DNA of 20,000 nucleotides, taken from positions 2,371,807 to 2,391,806 of the forward strand of contig NC_057757.1 of NCBI RefSeq assembly GCF_004010195.1, in the 5' to 3' direction. A model generated the notes under the pieces. The model was not told the origin of the DNA and ran no database searches. It worked only from the letters and a program-made list of their open reading frames with translations. This DNA comes from Chiloscyllium plagiosum. Lineage: Eukaryota. Shown here piece after piece: positions 8,823 through 19,536 of the stretch (the stretch's first letter is position 1; every line of letters starts with the position of its first letter). The translations under genes and the position numbers were made by a program.

Positions 8823-8931
8823 ATAGAACATAGAACATAGAAGAATACAGCGTTCCTAACATACCTATAGAAAGCCTTAGGGTTTTCCCTAATCCTATCG
8901 ACTAAGGACCTTTCATGTCCCCTCCTTGCTG
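8823..8931 (-). mobile_element. 109-bp internally deleted CR1 (3' tail fused to a mid-ORF2 segment)
   Basis: 8823-8852 is the reverse of the CR1 tail; 8853-8930 on the minus strand encodes ARRGHERSLVDRIRENPKAFYRYVR; ctt on both flanks. Confidence 0.8.
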
Positions 8932-9010
8932 CTTCTTGAGGATAGAGAGAGATGGGAATTAAAAAGTGGAACAGCCAGTGACTCAAAACACCCCGTGAAG
9001 GAATAAATGA

Positions 9011-9208
9011 AATATTTCCCCCTCAGCATAAATCATTAAAAACAAATGTTTGCATTATTATCACTACACATTCAATGGGAGGTTGCTGCGCACAAATTGA
9101 CTGCCCATTACAACAGTGATTATAATTTGAAAGTACTTAATTAGCTGTGAAGCACTTTGAGCCATGTTGAGGTGGTCAAAGGCGCAACAAAAATTCCAAG
9201 TTCCTTTC
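9011..9208 (+). mobile_element. Deu-domain SINE 3' half
   Basis: ttgctgcgcacaaattgactgcc-cattacaacagtga and L2-type tail gtgaagcactttg...aaaggcgc; similar to 18159-18290. Confidence 0.7.
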
Positions 9209-9376
9209 CCCCCAGGCAATAATATGTATTTTATTAGGCATACCCCATCACGAACAATAAACTTGTAAAATCTTTAAATCCCATGATGCAGGAGGAGGCT
9301 ATTCAGCCCATCCTGTTCATACCAGCCCTTTGAACAAAGTATCCAATTCACCCCAATCATTTTTCCAACTTTTAGT

Positions 9377-9690
9377 GGGCGGCACAGTGGCACAGTGGTT
9401 AGCACTGCTGCCTCACAGCGCCAGAGACGCGGGGTTCAATTCCCGCCTCAGGCGACTGACTGTGTGGAGTTTGCACGTTCTCCCCGTGTCTGCGTGGGTT
9501 TCCTCCGGTTTCCTCCCACAGTCCAAAGATGTGCAGGTCAGGTGAATTGGCCATGCTAAATTGCCCGTAGTGTTAGGTAAGGGGTAAATGTAGGGGTATG
9601 GGTGGATTGTGCTTCGGCGGGGCGGTGTGGACTTGTTGGGCCGAAGGGCCTGTTTCCACACTGTAAGTAATCTAATCTAATCTAATCTAA
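9377..9690 (+). mobile_element. Full-length, young-looking HE1 SINE
   Basis: A box tggcacagtgg, B box ggttcaattcc, V-domain, CR1-derived tail gggccgaagggcctgtttcc and (tctaa)n terminus; no 53-bp expansion. Confidence 0.95.
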
Positions 9691-9693
9691 AAC

Positions 9694-10065
9694 ACAGTCA
9701 CAGAGTCATACAGCACTGAAACAGCCCAACCAGTCCACGCCGACCATAACCCCAAACTAAACTAGTCCCACCTGCCTGCTCCTGGCCCATATGCCTCCAA
9801 ATCTTTCCTATTCATGAACTTATCTTTTAAACATTGTAATTGTACCCACATCCACCATTTCCCAGGAAGTTCATTCCACACGCGAACCGCACTCTGTGTA
9901 CAAAATTTGCCTCTTTTTAAAAAAATCTCTATCCTCTCACCTTAAAAGTGTGCCCACGAGTCTAGAAATCCCCATCCGAGGGAAAAGACACCAACTATTA
10001 ACTCTATCTGTTCCCCTCAGTATTTTACAGACTTCTATCAGTTCACCCCAGACCTCCTATGCTCC
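9694..10065 (-). mobile_element. CR1/HER1 3' fragment
   Basis: Collinear with 4765-5170 and the reverse of 6470-6750 (ctagtcccacctgcc, aggaagttcattccacacgcgaacc). Confidence 0.85.
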
Positions 10066-10345
10066 TGCAAACTTCTTCCCTTCCAGTGTTTCTTTAACAC
10101 CTTTTTTGCAAGTTCCTGGTGAATCGGCTTCCACTGCCTTTGCAAATCACAACAAATCACTGTTTTAAGGGTAAACGTGCTAAAAAATATAGGCAGGTTA
10201 TTTACCTTCCAGTCTGCCTAAGTAAAGCTGCATTAGTTAAAGAAGATTAAGCAGTGACCATCCTCAACGTAATCTGATTGTTTTGTATAAATGCCTTGGT
10301 TTAATTCAGCACAGAGCCTTTTAGACTTAATTCCACTGACTGAGC

Positions 10346-11700
10346 ACTGCCTGATAATACTGAAGCCAGAGAGGCAGGGAGTTGTCCAGATGGAAGACTC
10401 ATCCAGAGGAGAGGCAAATTTTTTTTTCACAAAGCCAGGCACGAGAATCCAGCCCAACGCTCCTGATGCAGCACCGAGAGAGTGCCGCATTATCAGAAGG
10501 TCATCTTTCAGATGCAACTCAGCAGTGACCCTCCTACATTCTGCAGACACAATGGGAGGACTGCCAAAAAAAGTGTCCTTCTTGAAAAGTGTACCACAAG
10601 AACATGAGCTAAATTAATGTAGGTGACACGGTGGCTCAGTGGTTAGCGCTGCTGCCTCACAGCACCAGGGACCGGGGGTCAATCCCACCCTCGAGCGACT
10701 GTCTGTGTGGAGTTAGCACATTCTCCCTGTGTCTGTGTGGGCTTCCCCCGGGTGCTCAGGTTTCCTCCCAGAGTCCAGGGATGTGCAGGTTAGGTTGGAT
10801 TGGCCGTGCTAACTTGTTCCATGGTGTCCAAGGATATGCACGTTATGGTGGATTGGCTGTGCTAAATTATCCCATAGTGCCCAGGGATGTGCAAGTCAGG
10901 GTGGATTGACTGTGCTAAATTGTTCCATTGTGTCCAGGGACGTTCAGGCTAACTGGGTTACCCAGGGTGACAGGGATAGGTTATGGACATAAGTCTCAGT
11001 GGGATACTATTTGGAGGGATTGGTCTGGATTCGATGGGCTGAATGGCTGCTATGAATGACTGCGAAGATTCTATGAAAATCAGCTATGATGGATCAGACA
11101 TAGCGTAAGAATGGGTGCGAAGCATTTCTGTTCCCACGATCTTTTTCCTTGACTCTTTGGTATCACCATGAAGAAAGAAAACTGCCTGATAATACTGAAG
11201 CCAGAGAGGCAGGGAGTTGTCCAGATGGAAGACTCATCCAGAGGAGAGGCAGATTTTTTTTTTCACAAAGCCAGGCACGAGAATCCAGCCCAAAGCTCCT
11301 GATGCAGCACTGAGGGAGTGCCGCATTATCAAAAGGCCATCTGTCAGATGCAACTCAGCAGTGGCCTCTCCCACATTCCACAGATACGATGGGAGGACTG
11401 CCAAAAAAAAGTGTCCTTCTTGAAAACTATACCACAATAATCAGAGCGAAATTAATGCAGGAGACATGGTGGCACAGTGGTTAGCGCCTCACAGCACCAG
11501 GGACCCAGATTCGATCCCACCCTCGGGTGACTGTCTGTGTGGAGTTTGCACGTTCTCCCTGTGCGTGCGTGGGTTTCCTCCGGTTCTCCGGTTTCCTCAC
11601 ATAGTCGAAGGATGTACAGGTTAGGGTAGATTGGCCATGCTAAATTGTCCCATAGTGCCCAGGGATGTGCAGGTCAGGGTGGATTGGTTATGCTAAATTG
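10346..11700 (+). repeat. Local direct duplication with copies starting at 10346 and 11181 (offset 835 bp)
   Basis: The first 71 bp are identical. Similarity continues through ~275 bp and into an HE1 head at the same position in both copies. Confidence 0.9.
10622..11075 (+). mobile_element. HE1 SINE with about 3.5 diverged 53-bp units
   Basis: gtggctcagtggttagc head, V-domain, repeat units from ~10780 and CR1-type tail gatgggctgaatggc. Confidence 0.88.
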
Positions 11701-12163
11701 TCCCATAGGGCCCAGGGATGTGCTGGTTAGGGTGGACTGGCCATGCTAAATTGTCCCATAGTGCCCAGGGATGTGCAGGTCCGGGTGGATTGGTTATGCT
11801 AAATTGTCCCATAGGGCCCAGGGATGTGCTGGTTAGGGTGGACTGGCCATGCTAAATTTAGATTTTTAGATTTTAGATTACTTACAGTGTGGAAATAGGC
11901 CCTTTGGCCCAACAAGTCTACACTGACCCTCTGAAGAGCAACCCATCCAGACCCATTCCCCTACATTTACCCCTTCACCTAACACTACGGGCAATTCAGC
12001 ACGGCCAATCCACCCTAACCTGCACATTTTTGGACTGTGGGAGGAAACCAGAGCACCCGGAGGAAACCCACGCAAACACGGGGAGAATGTGCAAACTCCA
12101 CACAGAGTTGTCCCATGGTGTTCAGGGATGTGCAGGTCAGGGTGGATTGGCCGTGCTAAATTG
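11461..12163 (+). mobile_element. HE1 SINE with 53-bp array, interrupted by an antisense HE1 and truncated by L1
   Basis: Units at 11611, 11664, 11717, 11770 and 11823; breaks after gctaaatt (11858) and resumes ttgtcccatgg at 12108. Confidence 0.9.
11859..12106 (-). mobile_element. 5'-truncated HE1 SINE (no tRNA head), antisense nested insertion
   Basis: Reverse complement closely matches 9460-9690, including the tctaa-type tail. Confidence 0.92.
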
Positions 12164-12168
12164 CATCC

Positions 12169-12819
12169 ATGCTGCAGAAGCATGAGCAGGAGATCCAGGG
12201 CCTTGGGGAGAGGCTGGTGGAGGGTCCAACTAAGGCCTTGGAAGCTGCGATGGAGTCTTCATCCAGTCGAATCCAGGTGCTGGAGCGAGAGGTGCGGGCC
12301 TTGCGAGACCATATCGACGACCTCGAAAATAGAGGTCAGAGGATAAATCTCCAAATTGTCGGGCTCCCTGAAGGTGAGGAAGGTGAGCAGCCAGTCAGCT
12401 TCTTTGAAAACTGGCTGCCGAAGTGTTTGGGCCTTCACACCGAGTCCAGCAGGCTGCAGATTGAAAGGGCTTATCGGGTTACAGTGCACAGGTCAGGCCC
12501 AGTGCAGTGCCCCAGCTCGGTCCTAGTGCACCTCCACTCATATAAGGACAAGCAAAAAGTCATAGAAGCTTCCAGTTCCCTGGGAAATGATCCGCAGGCA
12601 CTGCTGTACAAGGGATCAAAAATCAACTTTTTCCAGGATTTCTCTGCAGCTGTAATCCGAAAGAGGAAGTCCTTCGATGAAGTTAAAAAGAGGCTGAGGA
12701 ACCTGGGCATCCAGTACTCCATGAGATACCCCACAGTACTTCGTTTCAGCCACGAGGACTCGGTTTATACATTTGACTCGGCGGATAAGGCTAAAAACTT
12801 TGTGGACACTTTAAAATAG
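12169..12819 (+). pseudogene. L1 ORF1p C-terminal part (coiled coil, RRM, CTD), 5'-truncated but open
   Basis: LEREVRALRDHIDDLENRGQRINLQIVGLPEGEEG...IERAYRV...FFQDFSAAVIRKRKSFDEVKKRL...YSMRYP. Confidence 0.92.
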
Positions 12820-14676
12820 ATGGATTAGCCTGAGGAATACGGTTAATGTTTGTTCTCTTTTCTATCTTTCCCCATGTTTTCTCTTCCTTTTTTTAATTCC
12901 TTTCTTTCTCCCTAATAATTTCCTTTTTGGAAAGGGGGAAACAGACCTTGGAATAAGTTGTTCCTTTTTTTGAATAACTGGATTTTCTGATGGGAAATTT
13001 TGTGAATGTTCTTTGTTTGTCTCTCCCCCATTTCTTTTTTGTTTGTTTTTCTTTCAGTCACATGTAGGGGTGACATGAAGCCAGGGATGGGTGGAGTGTT
13101 CATCCTGACTTGGCCTTTTTTTCTGTTGATTTAAGGATCATCTGGTTTTTTTTTCTGGCCTAAGGCTGGGGCACAGTCCGGGTTTGAAGGAGCTGTGAAG
13201 GAGGGGATGGGGAGGGTGAGTGCCCCCTATGGGCAGGGGGAAAGAGTCTTCCATTCAAGGTTTTATAGTTGGTTTCTTTGTAGTTTTTTGGAGTAAGTTG
13301 TTTATAATTATGATAGAGTAGTTTTTGTATATATAGCTTTTCGATTCTATGAGTCTTTATTTACTTATGCTTGGCAATTTGTAAGCAGGATTCTCCCTCT
13401 GAGGGGGTTCAAGGGTCTCTGAAAGGAGATATGGCTAAGTGTCTTATTAAATGGTGCACCTGGAACATTAAGGGAAGTAATTCACCTGTTAAAAGGAAAA
13501 AAGTGCTTTCTAGCCTTAGGAGGGAAAGGGTTGATATCGCTATGTTGCAGGAAACCCATCTTGATGATGGGGAACACCTGAAATTACAACAGGGGGGGTT
13601 ATGACCGGGTATTCTTTTCATCCTTTACTACTAAAAGTAGGGGAATGGCGGTACTTATCCAGAAAAATCTTCCGTTCACATTATTAGAGCAGGTGAAAGA
13701 TGAGCAGGGACGGTTTGTGATACTTAAAGCCCTGATAGATGGGGAGGAATATGGCATTTTAAATGTCTACTGTCCTCCGGCGCATCCCCTCATATTTTTG
13801 ATTAGTACTTTCTCTAAGTTGAGTGCTTTTGGAACACGGCACATTATTATGGGGGGGGGATTTTAATTGTCTTTTGGATCCGACAGTGGACAGGATGCCT
13901 TGTGGGCCCCCAACTCTTTCTTCGCAGGCCAAGCAGGTGGTTGACTTATGTGAGGAGTTGGGGCTGGTGGATATTTGGAGATGTCTTCATCTTACCGGCA
14001 GGGACGTCACCTTTTTTTTCAAACCCACATGAATGTCACACGAGGATTGACCTCTTTCTGGCTCCCTCGGCCCCTACTGGATTCAATTATGAGTTGTAAA
14101 ATTGGGAATATAGCTATCTCTGATCACTCGGTGGTATATTTGGAGGTTAAGGCCAAGAGTGAAGGGCTGGGTTTGCGGCACTGGCATCTGGACCCTTTTC
14201 TCCTTAAGGATTCCAAATTTGTGGAATACTTTTTGAAGGAATTTCAGGAATTCTTGACTAACTACTCAGGCACGGCTAGTAGTCCATCAATGCTGTGGGA
14301 GACTGCTAAGGCCTTTGCTAGGGGATTAGGTATTTCCTATTCGGTTAGCTGGAAACGACAGAAGGAGGAACAGCAGTGTCTATTTGATACGCGGTTGCAA
14401 GCCGCTGAGGCGGCACATTTTGCGCGGCATTCGGTGACAAAGCTACAGCGGATCACGGCCCTTCAGGCTGCCTTGAATTCAATACTGACACAAAACGCAA
14501 AGAAAGAACTTGCTTTTGCTAGACAAAGGGCTGTTCGAATATGGGGATAGGCCAGGGAAGTATTTAGCCGACCTGACTAGGAAAAAGCGTGCTCCCCAAT
14601 CCATTGCTGCAATCAGAGACAGCGTTGGGGTCCTTACATATGATGCTAAAAAGATTAATGAAGCTTTTCGGAGCTT

Positions 14677-14959
14677 TTACTCTGAATTGTATTGGTCTGA
14701 AGATTGCGAAGACAGGAGGGCTAAAATGGAGACCTTTTTTAAGACTCTGGACCTCCCAGGGGTAACCTTGGAACAGGCCTCGCTCCTTAATGCCCCCTTG
14801 ACAGTTCAGGAAATACAGTTACTCTGAATTGTATTGGTCTGAAGGTTGCGAGGACAGGAGGGCGAAAATGGAGACTTTTTTAAGACTCTGGACCTCCCAG
14901 GGGTAACCTTGGAACAGGCCTCGCTCCTTAATGCCCCCTTGACAGTTCAGGAAATACAG
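14677..14959 (+). repeat. Tandem duplication inside L1 ORF2 (142 bp + 141 bp)
   Basis: ttactctgaattgtattgg...ggaaatacag at 14677-14818 and 14819-14959. Confidence 0.97.
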
Positions 14960-15927
14960 GAGGCAGCTCGGCAACTTCAGAGTGGGAAAGCGCATGGCCC
15001 TGATGGTCTCCCGGGTGAGTTTTATAAGGAGTTAATTGGGATTCTGTCAGGGCCAACTTTGGAGATGTACAATCACTCCTATATGCATGAATGCCTACCA
15101 CTATCTTTGAGACAAGCTAATATTTCCTTAATTCTTAAGAAGGGGAAGGTTCCTGAGGATTGTGCCTCATACAGGCCCACCTCTCTATTAAATTCAGATT
15201 TCAAGATTCTGTCCAAGATCCTGGTGCTGAGATTGGAAAGGGTGTTGCCCCATATTGTTAAAGAGGACCAGACAGGCTTTATAAGGGGCCGTAGGTCCTC
15301 TAATAATATTAGAAGGTCTCTGAATGTGGTTCAAGTTTGTCAGCAACCATCGATTCAGGGGTTGGTGATTTCCTTAAATACAGAGAAAGCATTTGACCGG
15401 GTGGAATGGCCGTATCTTTTTTATGTCTGAGAACAGTTTGGGTTGGGTGGGGTCTTTGCCTGGTGGGTGGAGGTTTTAAATCGCCACCCTCTGGCCGCGG
15501 TCATCACCAGCAGGGCGAAGTCTGGGAATTTTAGGATTGGTAGGGGTAGTCGGCAAGGCTGCCCCCCTCTCACTGTTGGTGGTAGAGCCGCTGGCAGAGG
15601 CCACTCGTCAGAACGTCCACATAACCGCCCCGGAAGTGGGATCGAGGGCACACAAGATTACACTGTACGCAGATGATGTCCTTCTGTCTTTATCGAACTC
15701 GATGACCTCCATACCCAATTTGATACAATGTATCAATTCATTTGGGGCTATTTCAGGAAATAAAATTAACTTTGCAAAATCGGAGGCTATGCCTTTGGGG
15801 AACCTTAAGGATGTGCCAGAAGTTGAAGGTGGCCCTAAGTTCCCTTTTAAGTGGTCACGGGCAGGGTTCCGGTACCTAGGCATTTTGATCTGTTATTTCG
15901 GACTAACTTTGCTCACTTACTTGACAA

Positions 15928-16370
15928 AGACTGAAAGACTGGAGCGACTGGGCTTGTATACCCTTGATTTAGAAGGCTAAGAGGGGAGCTGATTGAGACA
16001 TATAAGATTATTAAAGGATTGGACACTCTGGAGGCAGGAAACATGTTTCCGCTGATGGGTGAGTGACGAACCGGAGGACACAGCTTAAAAATACGGGGTA
16101 GACCATTTAGGACAGAGATGAGGAGAAACTTCTTCACCCAGAGAGTGGTGGCTGTGTGGAATGCTCTGCCCCAGAGGGCAGTGGAGGCCCAGTCTCTGGA
16201 TTCATTTAAGAAAGAGTTGGATAGAGCTCTCAAGGATAGTGGAATCAAGGGTTATGGAGATAAGGCAGGAACAGGATACTGATTAAGGATGATCAGCCAT
16301 GATCATATTGAATGGTGGTACAGGCTCGAAGGGCAGAATGGCCGACTCCTGCACCTATTGTCTATTGTCT
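15928..16370 (+). mobile_element. CR1 3' fragment nested in L1 ORF2, with an 8-bp target-site duplication
   Basis: ERLERLGLYTL...FFTQRVVAVWNALP; (ctattgt)n tail; cttgacaa at 15920-15927 and 16371-16378. Confidence 0.96.
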
Positions 16371-18158
16371 CTTGACAATATTAGGCGAGATCTCCAGAGA
16401 TGGGAGGCTCTTCCAATTTCATGGCTGGGCCAGATATCTCTCATTAAGATGAATATTTGCTTTATCCCATGTGTATGCTCCCTATAATGTTTCCCAGGTC
16501 AACGCTGCAGAAGCTTATGGGGTGGTTTGGTTCCTTTGTCTGGCATCATGTGCGGCCTCTCATCAAACTTACTAAATTGCAGTTGCCTCAACGAGGGGAG
16601 GAGTTGATTTCCCAGACATCAGAAGGTATCAATTGAGTTCCTTGCTATCCTTTGTGTGCGATTGGGTAGGTAATAATCCAAACTCAATATGGCTGGATAC
16701 TGAGGCCTCCCAGGCAAAGTGCCCTCTTACTAACCTGCTGTTAATGGATAAGATGAGAACAGTAATGGACCACTGTCGGAACCCCATTGTCATTAGTACA
16801 GTCAAGGCATGGAGGGTGATGTGTCAGAGTGAGGGTTGTTTATCCAAGACTTCGCCACTTACACCTATAGTTGGCATGTCAGGGTAACGACCAGGGATGA
16901 TGGTCTCAGGGTTCAAACTATGGGCAGCGAGAGGAGTTTCTAGTTTGGGAGACTTGTTTGAGGGGGAAGTTATGAGGTCGTTTGAGCAGCTGAGCCGCAA
17001 ATACGGGTTGCCCAGCAGAGATCTTTTCCGTTTTTTTCAGGTTAGGGATTTTATCCAGAAGAAGACTACATTTCTCACTGAGCCCTATAAGCCCGATACA
17101 GAGAGGCTGTTGCTACGTTCCACAAGCACCCTTTCAGTTAGTGCCCTCTATCGCCTGCTGGGTGGCAGGGCCTGGCAGGGTATTAACCGGTTATGTGAGG
17201 TCTGGAAGCAAGAGCTAGGAGTGGAGATCTCTTCTGAAACATGGGAGAACATACAGGAGAATACTCGAAAGATCTCAATCTGTAACAGGACATGCGCTAC
17301 GCAGTTAAAAGTTCTGCACAGGGCATATCTGGCACCAGGCTATCTGGCAAAGTTTAAAAAAGGGGCATCTTCAGTGTGCCCCAAATGTAAAATAAGTGTA
17401 GGTATTCTTACCCATTGCTTCTGGACATGCCACAGGCTCCGTGTTTACTGGAGCACTGTGGCGGGAGAGATAGGGAGGGTATTGAGGACTGGAGTCAAAG
17501 TATACCCGATATCTCTCCTCTTAGGTCTACCAAATTTACCATCTTTAGACGGGCATGGGAAGAAACTATTTAATATTCTTGCACACTGTGCACGGAAGAA
17601 TATTCTGATGAATTGTGTGTCTGAGAACCCGCTGGGCTTGCTGGGATGGCAGAAATTAGTTACGGAGCACATTCCCTTGGACCTTTTTACAAACATGATG
17701 CACCACACAGCAGACCATTTTTATAATACACGGCAGCCCTACTTGAGTTATTTGGATATAGATTTGTCAGTTGTCTTAACTAGGGCGTTTGTCTAACCAG
17801 GTTGGTTGGATTTGTCAAGCCCTGGCCCCTGGAGGGGGTCTCCTGAGTTAATACGGGTAAAAATACAACGCTCCCATTCCTTTGTTTGGGAGCTTTGCGC
17901 GGAGCATAGCTGTTCTGTATTTTGTGTTTTTAAGAATTTTTTTTGCTTTTTTTTTTGGTGTTGCTTTGCACAGTGTCAGGGTTTGTTTTTTATTATAGGG
18001 TAGGTTAGTAGTTGATAGACAGTAGTTGTATTGTAATTTGTGGGGTTTTTTTGTTTTTATTATACTGATATTTGTTATTGATTGTACTTTTCAATAATTT
18101 TACATGTTTGTAAAGTTAAAAAAATTTGCAAATAAATATATTTTCGAAAAAAAAACCC

Positions 18159-18290
18159 ACTGGTCATTACACCCATTGTTTGCAGGAGCCAGCTGTGTGT
18201 AAATTGGCTGCTGCGCCTACATTACAACGGTGGCAGCATTTATTTACTTGCCAGGGAGTGAGTTGTGATACAAAAGGCGCATTTGCACCG
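18159..18290 (+). mobile_element. Deu-domain SINE 3' half relic
   Basis: ctggtcatta...gctgtgtgtaaattggctgc...ctacattacaac...aaaaggcgc; similar to 9050-9190. Confidence 0.65.
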
Positions 18291-18534
18291 TACAAATGGT
18301 GAATCACCAGTCGTTAGAATTCATACACTCTCCTGGCGAGTAAAAATGGACTGTGATCAGTAACAGAACTGATTTTCCCTTTCTGTATCCCAGAAGCTCT
18401 CAGTTTACCTGGCATAGCGCAATTGACTACAAATTGTGGGGAAGGAGTGGAACTGAAGTCTCTAAAAAGCCATTAATCCAAGCATGACCATTCAGATAGC
18501 AGACTAAACTAAACTGACTCTCTTTTGTTCACGT

Positions 18535-18665
18535 CAGAAGTCACACTACACCAGGTTATAGTCCAACAGGTTTATGTGAAATCACAAGCTTTCAAAGCGC
18601 AGCTCCTTTATTGGGTGAACCTTCGTTAGCTGTGCTCCAAAAGCTTATGGTTTCAAATAAACCTG
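18535..18665. mobile_element. Penelope-like-derived inverted repeat with a decayed hammerhead-like motif
   Basis: 38-bp arms at 18567-18604 and 18628-18665 (31/38 complementary); caccaggttatagtccaacaggtttat is a common shark repeat (from memory). Confidence 0.6.
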
Positions 18666-18985
18666 CACATCCCTGGGCACTATGGAACAACTTAGCAAGG
18701 CCAATCCACCCTAACCCGCACATCCCTGGGCACTATGGAACAACTTAGCACGGCCAATCCACCCTAACCTGCACATCCCTGGGCACTATGGGACAATTTA
18801 GCACGGCCAATCCACCCTAACCCCCAAATTGTGGTGTGTGGGAAACCGAAGCACCAGGCAGAAACACACACACACACACACACACACTGTGAATGTGCAA
18901 GCTCCACACAGACAAGGCTGGAATCAAACCCTGGTCCCCAGGGTTATGAGGCAGTGGTGCTAAGCACTCAGCCACCACGCCACCC
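18661..18985 (-). mobile_element. HE1 SINE with three 53-bp units and an internal (CA)n; 3' tail lost
   Basis: Reverse of the 53-bp unit at 18661-18820, (CA)n at ~18864-18887, and head gtggctgagtgcttagcacc on the minus strand. Confidence 0.85.
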
Positions 18986-19424
18986 TTACATCAGCCACAA
19001 TCGCACTGAGTGGAATAGCAGGCTCGAAGGGCTGAGTGGTTCACATCTGGTCCTGTCTTAGCTGTTCATATCAAGTCCCTGTCTCCAGGCACCAAGTTTG
19101 AGACCCATCCCTGAGACTGGGATGTGACAGTCAGGGAAAAAGGTGCATTCACAATGTGGATGAACCAGTTGAGCCACTGTCTGTAAACTCTTCCCAAAAC
19201 ATGTCAATGGCAGGAGCCAGCTGTATCATGGAGCAAACATTAGAACCTCTCCCATCATTACTTAGACTGCAACTGTGCACGTATAATGTGTGATCCAATC
19301 GCACTAGAGCTGTGATGAAATAGAGGCGAGGAAAGGGAGCGAGGGTATGAATCAAATCATCCTTGATTTCACTGAATGGGACAGCAGGCTTGAAGGGCTG
19401 AACAGCCTCCCGTTCCTGCGTGAC

Positions 19425-19468
19425 AGAGAAATGAGGGCAGCGAAATCAAAAAGCAGCAAGGACAGTGC

Positions 19469-19536
<68 letters not shown>

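Larger units (their letters stand above)
8225..9010 (+). mobile_element. CR1/L2-group LINE 3' end, interrupted twice
   Basis: Degenerate HSLHHRR..AAVCTIYK..CSNS coding relic at 8250-8330, resuming at 8669 through cagttcaagaaggcagctcacc and ending ccccgtgaaggaataaat. Confidence 0.7.
13431..17796 (+). pseudogene. L1 ORF2 (APE endonuclease, RT, C-terminal CCHC), frameshifted
   Basis: TWNIKG, LQETH, GDFN and SDH (endonuclease); GPDGLPGEFY, YRPTSLLN, EKAFDRVEW, RQGCP and LYADD (RT); CPKC...HCFWTC. Multiple frameshifts and a TAA stop at 16885-16887. Confidence 0.95.
12164..18155 (+). mobile_element. 5'-truncated L1-clade LINE (partial ORF1, disrupted ORF2, 3' UTR, polyA), antisense to the host gene
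   Basis: ORF1 motif DDLENR..R.NL.IVGLPE; ORF2 endonuclease, RT and CCHC motifs; T-rich inter-ORF region and 3' UTR; AATAAA at 18131 and A tract at 18147-18155. Confidence 0.95.

Noticed and set aside
9377..9450. tRNA genes at the A/B-box motifs
   Set aside because: They run directly into SINE bodies and lack a complete cloverleaf, so they are SINE heads.
10233..11437. Paired ORFs in the duplicated segment as a duplicated small gene
   Set aside because: Starts and stops differ between the copies, part of the sequence is SINE-derived, and no domain is recognisable.
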